From the human T2T-CHM13v2.0 reference genome, Homo sapiens: DNA of 64,000 nucleotides. Under the pieces are notes generated by a model. The model saw nothing but the letters and a program-made list of their open reading frames with translations, was not told the origin of the DNA and searched no databases. Of the stretch, positions 24,455 through 39,010 are shown piece after piece. Position 1 is the stretch's first letter; the number at the start of each line of letters is the position of its first letter. The position numbers and the translations under genes are program-made. The stretch lies in NCBI RefSeq assembly GCF_009914755.1, contig NC_060935.1; one strand, given 5' to 3'.

Positions 24455-27400
24455 TGTTAAAATGGGGCAGGGTGGGAGTAGTGATGAAGTTAAAATGTAG
24501 ATTTTTTTTCAGTTTTTCCTTTGTTTCTATATGTTTTATGATCAAAGATAAGTTGTCACCTTTTTAAAATAATAACTTTTAGTAACAATACAGTGGTTTT
24601 TTCCTAAACCTCATGGTAACCACAGAGCAAAAACCTACAATAGATTGACTAAAAATAAAAAACAACAAATTAAAACATACTACAATAGAAAATAACCACA
24701 CAGGACAACAGTAAGAAAGGAAGAGAGGAGTTACAAAACAACTAGAAAACAAGTAACAAAATGGCAGTAGTAAGTCCTTCCCTATCAATAATAACATTAA
24801 ATGTAAATGGATTAAATTCTCCAAGTAAAAGACATACAGAGGCTGAATAAATAAACAATATCCAACTATGTGCTGCCTATAAAAAACCTACTTCACCTAC
24901 AAAGACACACATAGACTGAAATAGGGGATGGAAAAAGATATTCCATGCAAATAGAGACCAAAAAATTGCAAGATTAGCTATACTTAGATAAAATAGACTA
25001 CAAGTTAAAGACTGTAAAAAGAGCCAAGGTATTACATAACGATAAAGGGGTCAGCTCAGCAAGACAATATTACAGTTATAAATATCTATGCACCCAATAC
25101 TGGAGCACCCAAGTGTATGAAGCAAACACTAATAGATTTAAAGAAAGAGACTGCAAAATAATAATTGTGGGAGACTTCAACTTCCGACTCTCAGTAACGG
25201 ACAAATCATTGAAGAAAGAAACATTGGAGTTAAACTACACACTAGACCAAATAGGCCTAACTGACATTTACAGAACATTTCACCCAATTGCTGCAGAATA
25301 TACATTCTTCTCTTCAGAGCATTGTCCAGAATAGATCATATCTTAGGCCACAAAACAAGTCTCAACAAATTCAAAAAAGTTGAAATTATATTAAATATAT
25401 TTTCTGATCGTAATGGAATGAAACTAGAAACCAAAAACAAGAGGAAACTGGAAACCATACAAACACATGGAAATTAAACAACATACTCATGAACAATCAA
25501 TGGGTCAATGACAAAATTAAGAAAGTGGTTTAAAAATTTATTGAAACAAAAATGGAAATACAACATACCAAAATCTATGGGATACAGCAAAAGCAAGACT
25601 AAGAGGAAGTTTATAATAATAAATGCATACATCAAAAAATAGATTCCAAATAAACAGCCTAACGATGTACCTCAAGGAACTAGAAAAGCAAGAACAAACC
25701 AAACCCAAAATTATTAGCAGGAAAGAGATAATAAAGACCAGAACAGAAACAAATGAAATTGAGACTAAAAAAAATACAAAAAATCAATGAAATTTAAAAT
25801 TGGCTATTTGAAAAGATAAATAAATTGACAAACTTTTAGCTACACTAAGAAAAAAATATAGAAGGCCCAAATCAAATTAGAAATGAAAATGAAGACATAA
25901 GTACAGGCAGCACAGAAATGCAAAGAATCAGAGACTATTATGAACAACTATACACCAACAAATTGGAAAACAGAAGAATAAATTTCTGGACACATGCAAT
26001 CTTCCAAGATTAAACCACAAAGAAATGGAAGACCTGAACAAACCAATAATGAGTAATGAGATCAAAGCCATGATAAAAAGTTTTCCACCAAAGAAAAGCC
26101 CAGAATCTGATGGCTTCACTGTTGAATTCCAGCAAATATATGAAGAAGAAGTAATACCAATTCTGTTCCAACTATTCAAAAAAATTGAAGAGTGAGGACC
26201 AAACTAATTCTACAAGGCCAGCATTACTCTGATAACCAAAACCAGACAAGGACACAACAAAAAGAAAGATACAGGCCAATATCCCTGATGAACACAGATG
26301 CAAAAATCCTTAACAGAATACTAGCAAACTGAATTCAACAGCTCATTAAAAAGATAATTTACCATCATCCAGTGGGTTTCATCCCAGCGATGCAAGGCTG
26401 GTTCAACATACACAAATCAATAATATAATACATCACATCAAAACCAAGGTCAAAATCCGTATGATCGTTTCAATAGATGCTGAAAAAGCATTTGATAAAA
26501 TTCAATATCCTTTTATGACAAAAAACTTTCCACAAACTGGGTGCAGAAGGAACATACCTCAAAACAATAAAGGCTGTATATGACAAACCCACAGATAGCA
26601 TTATACCAAATGGGAAAAAATCGAAAGTCTTTCCTCTAAGATCTGGAACAAGACAAGGATGCCCACTTTCGCCACTTTTATTCAACATAACACTGGAAGT
26701 CCTAGCCAGAGCAATTAGTCAAGAGAAAGAAAGAGAAAAATTGGAAAGAAAAATATCAAATTATCTTTGTTTGCAAATGACATAATCTTATAATTTGAAA
26801 AACCTGACGACTCCACCAAAAATGGGTAAAATTGATAAATGAATTTAGTAAAGTTGCAGGATACAAAATTAGCACACAAAAATTAGTAGTATTTATATAT
26901 GCTGGCAGTGAACAATCTGAAAAGGAAATCAAGAAAGCAATCCCATTTACAATAGCTACCAAAAATATACAAGATCTATAAATAAATTAAACCAAAGAAG
27001 TGAAGGATCTCCATAAGGAAAATAATAAAACACTGATGAAAGAAATTGAAGAGAACACACAAAAATTGAAAAAATATTCCATGCTCATGGATTGAAAGAA
27101 ATAATATTGTTAAAATGTCAATACTACCCAAAGCTACTTACAGATTCAATGCAATCCCTTTCACAATGAATTTTCTAATTACGTTCTTCACAGAAATAGA
27201 AAAGAACAATGTTAAAATGTATATGGAACCACAAAAGACCCAAATAACCAAAGCAATCCAGAGCAAAACAAAACTGGAGGCATCACATCACTCTGGCTTC
27301 ACAATATACTACAAAGCCACAGTAACCAACATAGCATGATACTCATATACAAACAGACACATAGACCAATGGAACTGAATGGAGAACCTAGAATCAATTC

Positions 27401-29200
27401 ACGCATTTACAGCCAACACATTTTTGACAAGGTGACAAGAATATACAATGGGGAAAGGACAATCTCTTCAATAAATAGTGCTGGGAAAACTGGATAACCA
27501 TATGCAGAAGAATAAAACTAGACCCCTATCTCTCACCATATGAAAAAAACCAAAAATGGATTAGACTTAAATGTGGCCAGGCGCAGTGGCTCACACCTAT
27601 AATCCCAGCACTTTGGGAGGCTGAGGCGGGTGGATTACTTGAGGTCAGGAGTTCGAGCCCGGCCTGGCCAACATGGTGAAACCCCATCTCTCCTAAAATA
27701 CAAACAGTTAGTGGCTGTGGGGTTGTGCACCAGTTACTCAGTAGGCTGAGGCAGGAGAATCGCTTGAACCCAGGAGACAGAGGTTGCAGTGAGACGAGAT
27801 TGTGCCACTGTACTCCAGCCTGGGCGACAGAGTGAGACTCCATCTCAAAATAAATAAATAAATAAATACATACATACATACATAAAAACATACATACATA
27901 CATACATACATACTTAGTGTAAGTCCTGAAACTGTGAAACTGCTAGAAGAAAACACTGGAGAAGTGCTGTAGGACATTGGCCTGTGCAAAGATTTTTTGA
28001 GTAAGACCTCAAAAGCACAGGCACCAAAAGCAAAAATTAGACAAATACAATTATGTCAAACTAAAAAGCTTCTGCACAGCAAAGGAAACAATCAATAAAG
28101 ATACAACCCACAGAATAAGTGAAAATATTTGCAAACTATCCATCTGACAAGGGATCAATAGCTAGAATACATAAGGAATTCAAACAATTCAATAGCAAAA
28201 AAAAATAACCCAATAAAAATGGACAAAAGATCTGAATAGACATTTCTGAAGACATACAAATGGTTTACAGGTATATGAAAAAATGCTCAACATCACCAAT
28301 CATCCGAGAAATGGAAATCAAAACCACAGTGAGATTTCACCCTAGTTAAGATGGCTATTATTTAAAAAATAGGGAATATTGGATGTTGGCAAGGGTGTGG
28401 GGAAAAAGGGAACACTTGTACACTGTTGATGGGGACGTAAGTTAGTACAGCCACTATGGAAAGCAGTGTGGACGTTCCTCAAAAAACTAAAAATAGGACT
28501 ACCATTTGATCCAGCAATCCTACTACTGGGTATATATCCAAAAGAAAGTAAATCAATATATTGAAAAGATAACTGCAATCCCATGTTTATTGCAGAACTA
28601 CTCACAATAGCCAAAGTATGGAACCAACCTAAGTATCCATCAATGGATGATTGGACAAAGAAAACGTGTTATATATACACAATGGAATATTATTCAGCCA
28701 TAAAAAAGAATGAAATCCTGTCATTTGCAGCAACATGGTCATTGTGTTAAGTGAAACAAGTTTGGCACAGAAAGACAAATACCACATGTTATCACTCATA
28801 TGTGGGAGCTAATAAAGTGGATCTCATGAAGATGGAGAGTAGATTGGTGGTTCCTAGAGGCCAGGAAGTGTGGAGGGGAGGGGGATATAAAGAGAGGTTG
28901 ATTAATGGGTACCAAAATACAGTTAGGTAGAAGAAATAAGACCTGTTCAATCGATCAGTAGGGTGACTATAGTTAATAATATATCTGTTGCATATTTGAC
29001 AATAACTAGAAGATAATAATTCAGATGTTCCCAGCATAAAAGATAAATATGTAACTAAAAGAGAATAATTCAAATGTTCCCAGCATAAAGAAAAATGTTC
29101 AAGGTGATGGATATCCCAATTACCCTGATTTTACCATTACATGAAAGTATCAGTATACCAGATATAACCCCCAAATATATACTATTATGTATTAATAAGA
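24455..29200 (+). mobile_element. L1MA-type LINE-1, ~4.7 kb: degenerate ORF2 (endonuclease to C-terminus) and 3'UTR
   Basis: ORF fragments IIIVGDFN, LTDIYRTFHP..AEYTFFSS and MSILPKA.YRFNAIP, with many stops and frameshifts. L1MA-like 3'UTR. Confidence 0.92.
27575..27912 (+). mobile_element. AluS with (TAAA)n(CATA)n tail, nested in L1
   Basis: ggccaggcgcagtggctcac...gactccatctc followed by a microsatellite tail. Confidence 0.93.
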
Positions 29201-30129
29201 AAGACTACATAAGGTAGGATTCTATTCAAATGAAATTCTAAAAAAGAATAAAATCATATGAAAAAAGAAACATGAGTACATTTATAATCTATAACCCAAC
29301 ACATTTTATATGTAGAATTACTTGCAAAAGTGCTCCAGGGACTCATAGAAGAACGTTACACCCCTCCATTGGTCCACTCAAAAAAGAAAGAAATTATAAA
29401 CATTACAAATGTTCAGCAATGATTAACTTTAAAAATAAATTATGATTTATTTATATAGTAGACCATGATATGAGTACAAGGGACTCTGGAATATGTGGAC
29501 CCAATATCTTTCAGCCATAGAGAAGAGCCCTTTGGCTGTGATTTTGTGGTTGTTGTTGACTTTTTCTTCAGCTGTATTGAAGTATAATTTACAATACAGT
29601 ACAATTCATATATTTTAATTGTATAATTTAATGACTTTGGGTAATTGTATACAGTCATGTAAATGTCACCACAATAAAGATACAGAACACATCCATCACT
29701 TGCTAAAAGCCTCTCATACCCCTTTGCAACCTGCCCTTCACCTGGCTTAGTAGCCTCAGGTATATGCTGATCTGCTTCCCTTCCCTGTAATATTGCCTTT
29801 TCTAAAATTTCATATAAATTTAGTCATACAGAATGTAGTCTTTTGTATTTGATTCCTTTCACTTAGCATAATGTGTTTGAAATTCATCTATAATGTTTTG
29901 TGTATCAATAGTTCATTCCCTTTTACTGCTGAGTAGTATCCCACAGTATAGATGTACCACAATGGATCTATTCACCAGCTGATGGACATTTGGGTTGTTT
30001 TCAAATTTTGGCTACAATGAATAATGCTGCTATGTGCATTTGCATACTTGTCTTTGTGAGAACATGTGTTTCCATTTCTCTAGGAGAAGGGATTGTTGGG
30101 TTACTGGTAAGGATATCTTCCACTTTATT

Positions 30130-30629
30130 GGACCAGTACCTGTCGGTGGCCTGTTGGGAATGGGGCTGCACAGCAGGTGTGCGGCAGGAAAGGGAATGAA
30201 GCTTCATCTCTCTTTACAGCCACCTGCCATCAGTCGCATTACTGCCTGAGCTCTGCCTTCTGTCAGATCAGCAAAGGCATTAGATTCTCATAGGAGCATG
30301 AACCCTATTGTGAACTACACATGCGAGGGATCCAGGTTGTGTGTTCCTTATGAGAATCTAATGCCTGATCATCTGTCATTGTTTCACATCACCCCCAGAT
30401 GGGATCATCTAGTTGCAGGAGAACAAGCTCAGTGCTCCCACTGATTCTACATTATGGTGAGATGTATAATTATTTCATTATATATTACAATGTAATAATA
30501 ATAGAAATAAAGTACACAATAAATTTAATGAGCTTGAATCATCCTAAAACCATTCCCTTCCCCCACTGTCCATGGAAAAATTGTCTTCCATGAAACTGGT
30601 CCCTGGTGCCAAAAAGGTTGGGACCACTC
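30130..30629. mobile_element. MER1A hAT-Charlie element, one end truncated
   Basis: gtcagatcagcaaaggcattagattctcataggagc...gaaactggtccctggtgccaaaaaggttgggaccac. Confidence 0.88.
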
Positions 30630-30720
30630 CTTTATAGGACCTTGTCACTCTGTTTTCCGGCCTGACTGTACCACTTTGCATTGCCTTCAGCAATGTGTAA
30701 ATGTGTGAGAGTTCCTCACA

Positions 30721-31035
30721 TTTTTATTTTTTGGGGTTTTTTTTTGTTTTTTGTTTTTTTTTGAGACAGTGTCTTGCTCTGTCACCCAGGCTGGAGTACA
30801 GTGGCATGATCTAAACTCACTGCAGACTGGCCTCCCAGGGTTCAAGCGATCCTCCCACCTCAGCCCCCTGAGTAGCTGGAACTATAGATATGCTCCAGGC
30901 TAATTTTTGTATTTTGTGTAAAGACAGGGTTTTGCCATGTTGCCCAGGCCAGTCTTGAACTCCTGGGCTCAAGTGATTGGCCCATCTCAGCCTCCCAAAG
31001 TGCTGGGATTACAGGTGTGAGCCACAATACCTGGT
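30721..31035 (-). mobile_element. AluJ
   Basis: Antisense Alu with T-rich tail. Confidence 0.92.
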
Positions 31036-31438
31036 GATTTTCATTTTTTTTAAATTTGGCCACTCTAGTGGACATTTAATAGTATTTTATTATTATTTTA
31101 ATTTGCACTTCCTTGAATGACTTGTGATGTTCAGCATCTTTTTATGTGTTTGTTGGCTATTCATTTATCTTCTTTTATAAAGTGATTGTTCAAATCATTT
31201 GCCCATTACTTACTATGTATGTCTTTTTATTACTGAGTTTTAAGGGTTCTTTATATAATCTGGATAGAAGGCTTTTTTAATAGCTGTTTTGCCAATGTTT
31301 TCTCCCAATCTGTGGCTTGTCTTTGTTTTCTCAACTCGTTATCTGAGGAGGAAAAGCTTTAAATCTTGATGAAGTCTGTTTTATCTTTTTTTCTTATGTG
31401 ATTTGTGCTTTTTGTGCCCTGTTTAAGAAATAATTACA

Positions 31439-31700
31439 GGCCGAGGAGGGAGGATTGCTTGAGTCCAGAAGTTTGAGACCAGCCTGGGTAACATAATGAA
31501 ACCTTGTCTCTACAAAAAAACAAAAACAAAAAAACAAAACTAAAATTAGCCAAGTGTGGTGGCGCATGCCTGTAGTCCAAACTACTCAGGACGCTGAGGC
31601 AAGAGGATGGCTTAAGCCCAGGTGATTGAGTCTGCAGTGAGCTGAGATCACGCCACTGCACTCCAGCCTGGGCAACAGAGTGAGACTCTGTTACAAAACA
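31439..31700 (+). mobile_element. AluJ, 5'-truncated
   Basis: ggccgaggagggaggattgcttgag...gtgagactctg. Confidence 0.9.
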
Positions 31701-31790
31701 AGGCAAGGCAGGGCAGGGCAGGGCAGGGCAGGGCAGGGCAGGGCAGGGCAAGGCAGGGCAAGGCAGGGCAGGGCAGGGCAAGGCAAGGCA
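31701..31790 (+). repeat. (GGGCA/AGGCA)18 pentanucleotide repeat in an Alu tail
   Basis: Directly visible, with 8 consecutive GGGCA units at 31711-31750. Confidence 0.97.
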
Positions 31791-32697
31791 GAAGGAAGGA
31801 AATTCTTTTATGCTGTCTTCTAAAAGTTTAATAGCTTTAGCTCCTTCATTTAGGTCTACAATCAATTCAAATATTTGTATATGATATGAAATAAGAGTTG
31901 AGGCTATATACATATATATGATACATACATGTATATGATGTATATATAAATGAGTGTATATATATAATGGATATATATATATATCCAGTTGTTCTAACAC
32001 CATTTTTTGAAAAGACTATCTTTTCCCCATTAAATTACTTTGGCACCATTGTTGAAAATCAATTGACCATATAAGTATTGGTGCATTTTAAAGCTTTTAT
32101 TTTGTTCCATTGATCTCATATGGTCTATCTTTATGCCAGTAACACACTGTTGTGATTACTGTATCTTAATGATAAGTCTTGAATTCAGGTAGTTTAAGTC
32201 CTTCCAAACTTGTTTTCCTTTCTTAAGAGTATTCTTGCTATTCTAGGTCCTTTGCCTTCTCGAACAAATTTTAGAATATACTTGTCAATTATTTTTTAAA
32301 TTAAGTTTTAAACATAAATACTTTTAATTGCCTGGCATTTTAATGTCCAACTTGAGACCTTGTAAAGAAAATTGTGGTACAATACACATAACATAAAATT
32401 TACCATCTTGACCATTTTTAAGTGGCATTAAGTACATTCACATTGTGCAACCATCACCACCATCCATCCACAGAAATCTTTTTATCTTGCAAAACTAAAA
32501 CTTTATAAACATTAAACAATAACTTTCCATTCTACCAGCCCCTGGCAACCAGCATTCTACTTTCTGTCTCTGAGTTTGATTACTCTAAGTGCCTCATAAA
32601 AGTACAATTATGCAGTATTTGTCCTTTTGTGACTAGTTCACTCAACATAATATCTTCAAGGTCCATCCATGTTGTCGGAATTTTCTTTCTTTTTTAA

Positions 32698-33041
<344 letters not shown>

Positions 33042-34631
33042 TAATTTAATTATCCATCAGTAGACACTTGGGTTGCTTCTGTCATTTTCTTTCTTAAAAA
33101 GTATTTTGGAGACTATCATAAATAAAAATGTTTTAAAACTCCATTTTGAATTGTTCATTGCAAATATATAGAAATTCACTTGACTTTGGCATATTGACCT
33201 TGTATCCTTTAACCTTGGTAAACTCACATATTGTTCTAGTAGCTTTTTTTAAACCATTATATGACCTTGTCATCTGCAAATTTAGACAGTTTACTTTTCC
33301 CTTTCCAATATGTATGCCTTTTATTGCTTTTTTTAAAATCTTTTTAAAAATATTGAACTGACTGGGACCTTCGTACAAAATTCAGTGTTAGTAGTGAAAG
33401 TGGGTATTCATGCCGTCCTTGTTTCTAATCTTAGGAGGAAAGAATTCATTTCTTCACAATTAAGTATGATCTAAATAGTGGATTTTATAGCATGAGAACA
33501 GTTATAATAGTAGCTTTAAAATCCTTGGTGGATAATTCCAACATCTGGGTCATCTTGGAGTGAATCTCCGCTATCTTTTCCCTTGAGAATGGGTCCCACT
33601 TTTCCAGTTCTTCATATGTCGAATAAGTTTGGATTGTACACATTATAAACGTTAAGTTGTGGAGGCCCTACATTCTGATAAGAGAACACCTTTTCTCTAA
33701 TAGGTTTTGTTTATTTTGTTTTAGCAGGCATTTTTTTGTGATTGAACTCTAACTTCAAACTCTGTTTCTCAGGTGGCAGGTCCAGTCTCTTTTAGACTCT
33801 TTTGTCTCTGGCTGAGATGCTTTTGTTTTTGCTGTGTGTGTCCGTGGTTTGGGATCAGCCACAGACAGGAGCAGAAAGAATTTGGGAATTCCCTCTTTGG
33901 CTCTTTCTCTTCCAGAACTCTTTCTTCTCTCTTTTGGCAGTTATAGTTGCCCTGAACTCAACCTTCCATTTTCATAGTCCAAAAAGATGGCTGTTTTTCC
34001 ACCAGCACCACACCTGGTTTGCACAATGGCTGCACCTGCCTCCAAGCTAAAAACAGCAAAAATGGGCGCTCACTTCCTGTAACATCTTTTCTTTATTGCG
34101 TGGACTTCCCACCAGAATCTGCCTGCTCTGTCCACTTTCCATTGTTTTCAGGTAGCTGCATTTTGTATTATGTCCACCTAGAAAAACCACATCCAGTCAT
34201 TCCTGGAAGCAGAAGTCTGGTATGATGTGTTAAGGACAAATATTAAGATGCCTCTCTCCCTCTTTTTTTTTTTTTTTTTTGCAGTATTTAGATGCTTTTT
34301 TGTTGTTGCAGGTTTTCAGCTCCGGCATGGGCTTCCCTATTCTGCTGTGAAATTAATATGACATCTAGTGGCTTGGTAAAGAAGATCTGGACTGATTTTA
34401 ATGGACACATCTGGATTTGGGGCTTCTTAGGTGTGGAGGTGGAGACAGGGGCCAGTGGTTACCATTACGTTTCAATGGTTGGTTTTTAAGAAATATTTGT
34501 TGGAAAACAAAAACTGACACACATAAAGACCTTGAATTCAATCTACTCCTTAATAGTTAGGAAAGAAAGAAGAAGGGAGGGAAAGAAAATGGAAAAGAAA
34601 ATAGGAAAGAAGGGTAAGAAAAGAGAAAAGG

Positions 34632-34900
34632 GGCTGGATGTTGTGGCTCATGCCTGTAATCCCAGCACTTTGGAAGGCTGAGGTGAGAGGATCACTTGAG
34701 CCCAGGAGTTTGAGACAAGCCTGGGCAACACAGGAAGATGACCCCATCCCTAAAAACAGTTTTAAAAATTAGCTGGCATGGTGGTGTGCATCTGTAGTCC
34801 CAGCTACTCGGGAGGCTCAGGTGGGAGGATCACCTGAGCCCGGGAGTTCAAGGCTGTAGTGAGCCGTGATCACGCCACTGGACTCCAGCCTGGGTGACAA
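34632..34900 (+). mobile_element. AluJ lacking its 3' end and tail, in GA-rich sequence
   Basis: ggctggatgttgtggctcatgcctgtaatcccagc...ctccagcctgggtgacaa. Confidence 0.9.
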
Positions 34901-35129
34901 GAAATGAGAGGAAGAGAAGACAGAAGGCAGGAGGAGAAGGAGAGCTGGGATGATGTGGGCAAAGGGCGTTCAGGGAAGAGGAAGCAAAGCTAAGGGCCTA
35001 GAAATATGAAATAACCTGACAGATCCAGAAACAGGAATTGGTGGGAAATATGGCTTATAAAGTGGTCTGGGCCTGCGCGAGAGCTCTCATGGCGTGGGGT
35101 GGAATCCACATTCTGTACAATGGGCACGG

Positions 35130-35637
35130 GGCAGCCCTTCGAGGGCATCACCATCAAGGGAGTGCCCTGGATCCTCCGTGCTCATGTCCACTCCTTGCCT
35201 CTCCCCTCCTCTGCAGTGCAAGGAAACTCAGCCCTGTTGCCGGTCTTCTCCAGGTGCTGAATCAGCTGCCTTTCGCTGAGTGGCCAGTGGAAGGTTCTGG
35301 TAGGAAACAGGGTGGGAAGAAGGGAGAAGTTAGGGTCTCATCCCGTCTCTCTCCATCTCAGGTGGCATATCCAGCAGTGGCTCTTTTTCCTTCATAGCTC
35401 CAGCTCCTGCCAGAGGGACCCTCACAGGTTCTGGCTCCTGCCAGTGATCTGGCTGGGGGATCTGGGAACAGCACCTTACCCCTTCACTCCTTCATCCTAA
35501 GAATGGCAGTGACTTTGTATTCCTGAGAATCTTGGGATTTCTCTTCCCAGCACCTCCACCAATTCCCTGCATCAGATTCCCTTTGTTGTAACTACTTGGA
35601 GTGGTGTCTATCTTCCTAGTTAGCCCCTGAATAATAT
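35130..35637 (+). mobile_element. Degenerate ERVL-type LTR (LTR33/LTR41-like)
   Basis: The 3' end gattccctttgttgtaactacttggagtggtgtctatcttcctagttagcccctgaataata resembles an LTR33-group terminus. Confidence 0.45.
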
Positions 35638-36038
35638 CGGGGGGACACTGGCCCCCCACTGCTCTGGTTTCCACACAGAGGGCTTTTTCTCTAAATCCTC
35701 CTGGCGTCTTGCTCTGCTCCTTAATCCTCCCGATGGAAGTGTGCTGAGTTAGCTAACTAGTGGGTGACAGCAGTCGGCCCACACTCTCATTTGCGTGGAT
35801 CTCTCCTGGTGGAACTGGGGAGTGCATTTTAGCATGCTCATCATTGCCAAGCTCTGTCCTCCAGAGTAGTCTGTTCTGTAATGCAGGTGATATTTTAATC
35901 TCCATCTGTCTGACTCCCTGAGTCTGAATTGGTTCCCAAGGCTGGGACAAGGAGTCCTGTTTTTTTGTTTGTTTGTTTTTTTGTTTTTTTCTTTCTCAAA
36001 CTCCAATAGCAAGGAAGTGGAAAAAAGATTAGACTTTT

Positions 36039-36355
<317 letters not shown>

Positions 36356-36768
36356 TTATAGCCAAGAGAAACTGATTCCCCTCAGCCTGGCATATTAGGG
36401 AGAACCTTACCTGCAACTCCTCTCCCCACATATTCTCCTAAACTTAGACTCTTCAGGAACCACTGAGACTCTGTCATAGCCCTGACGTGCAATGTCAGGA
36501 GCAGGGAATAATGAGGCCAGCTTCAGAGTGTGGGAGATAGTGGCACAGGCCCCACCCTCACAAATGTCCACAGCTTAGCTTAATACTCTGTTCGCTGTCT
36601 TGAAACTCTCACTGTTTTTAAGAAGTTGTCCCACATTTTCATTTTTTCGCCAGACCCCTCCGACTATGTGGCTTTTCCTGGTACTCCCTCCCTCTTGGGC
36701 GCCCAAGCTCCTTGGATTGTTAAGGCTGGCGGTGCTGCCCAAAGCATCCCCCCCAGGACTTCTCGATA

Positions 36769-36787
36769 TGGACAGCAGAGGGCAGCA
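36769..36787 (+). promoter_or_regulatory. Candidate CTCF binding site
   Basis: TGGACAGCAGAGGGCAGCA fits the CTCF core CCASYAGRKGGCRS at all but the first position, and lies in apparently non-repetitive sequence. Confidence 0.6.
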
Positions 36788-37028
36788 AACTGCCATTTGA
36801 GGGCTCCTCACCCAGGACGACCCAGGGGTTTGAACCTGGCTTTATCCACGTGGGGTGAGAGGGGTGGGAGGAGGGTGGTATTAGTTGTTTGCGTGTTTTT
36901 AATAATTGAAAACCAGAAACCCGACACTCTGAGCACCACTTCAGGTGATGTGCTGTGTGGCATTTTCTGCCCTTGTGGAGTCCAACCATCCATTCTGAAA
37001 CAGAGCAGTTCCTTTGACCTTGACAGTA

Positions 37029-37798
<770 letters not shown>

Positions 37799-38839
37799 TG
37801 CAAGCTAGTGGCCAGCATGTGCAGTGCCGCATGTCCCACGCTGCTCCTGATAATATCTAGATCAACTACAAAGAGTCTTCCAGGGGGTCTTCCCTGCATG
37901 GGGTCTTCCATATATCACCTCTAATCCTTACGGTACCTTAACAAAGTCTGTATTTTTATCTGCATTTCCCTGATGAGGAAACTGGACTCAAAAATGTACT
38001 TGATGTAACTTGTCCTAGGTCATACAACTGTGAAGTAGAAAAAGCTGGATTCAAATCCAGGTTTTACCTAGTCCACCTAGTGTCTAAAAGGTATGCTCCT
38101 TCTACAAGTCCAATGTGCCTCTGTGATGCATAAAAGGGACAATGACATTTTGTCTTGCCTTTACTTTGTAGGGTGAAGTTCTTGTCTGAAATAACAATCC
38201 CTAGGGCGGTGCCCCAGCCCTCTCCAAGGCACAGTGGACACCTGTAAACAGAAAAGCTCTCATGCACCAAATGCCTGTGATCTGGGATTGCATCTGTCAT
38301 CAGGCAAAACAATGAGAGAAAAATGTATTAAAATCTTTTTGTTGTTGTTGTTATAATAATCCAACGGCCCATGCTACTCTCTCCTAAAGCCTCAAGTTCT
38401 CAGGAAAAGCTCATCATTGATTTGAGCCTAATGAAAACCGTCTTTGGTGAGCATGCTTCCACATTCCCAACCAGCTTGTAACAGTTCTATAGAAATGTGT
38501 TAAATTCAGAAGCTACTTAGAAGGCTTCCTAGCCTCCTAAGGCATCCCCAAAGCATGTCAATATCAGAATAAGACAGAGCTGACATTTTTCCTATTAGAA
38601 ATGTTGTAGTCCTGGAATCGCAAACTCAAATGCACACCAGGGTCAGGCAAAACTTACAAATGCACGAAGCAGATCTGCTGTAACAGGCAGTATGTGCCTC
38701 ACTGATGGGCATTCACAATGAAAACAAAAGTGCCGTGTGACTTAGCCCATCTGAGGGGTGAGGTTCATTGAGCCCATTATCTTTTGCTTTGCCTTAGTGG
38801 CTAGGGAATGCATGGCTGAACGACTATGGGTAGTGACAG

Positions 38840-39010
38840 TATGGGAAGGAGCGCTGTGTAGTGGCTAAGGCTGAGGGCTCTAGAATTACCCAGCAGGTTC
38901 AAATTCAGGTTCTATTATTGAGTAGCTGTGCATCTTTGGGCAATTTACTCCAGTTCTCTGAGACTCCATTTCTTTATCTGTGAAATGGTTTACCATGCAG
39001 TGTTGTGAAA
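38840..39010 (+). mobile_element. MIR
   Basis: ggttcaaattcaggttct...tagctgtgcatctttgggcaatttact...tctctgagactccatttctttatctgtgaaatgg. Confidence 0.75.

Noticed and set aside
24455-29200. Possible active L1
   Set aside because: No 5'UTR or intact ORF1, many stops and frameshifts, and an Alu insertion.
31434-32003. Longest ORF in the window (189 aa) with ALPCP repeats
   Set aside because: It is made of L1, the (GGGCA)n complement and Alu sequence, and the peptide repeat is just the microsatellite.
34252-34312. Strong-looking plus-strand acceptors (T-run then gcag)
   Set aside because: They lie 17 kb past the TEAD1 poly(A) site with no supporting upstream exon or ORF, so a poly-T tract next to a chance AG is the simpler reading.
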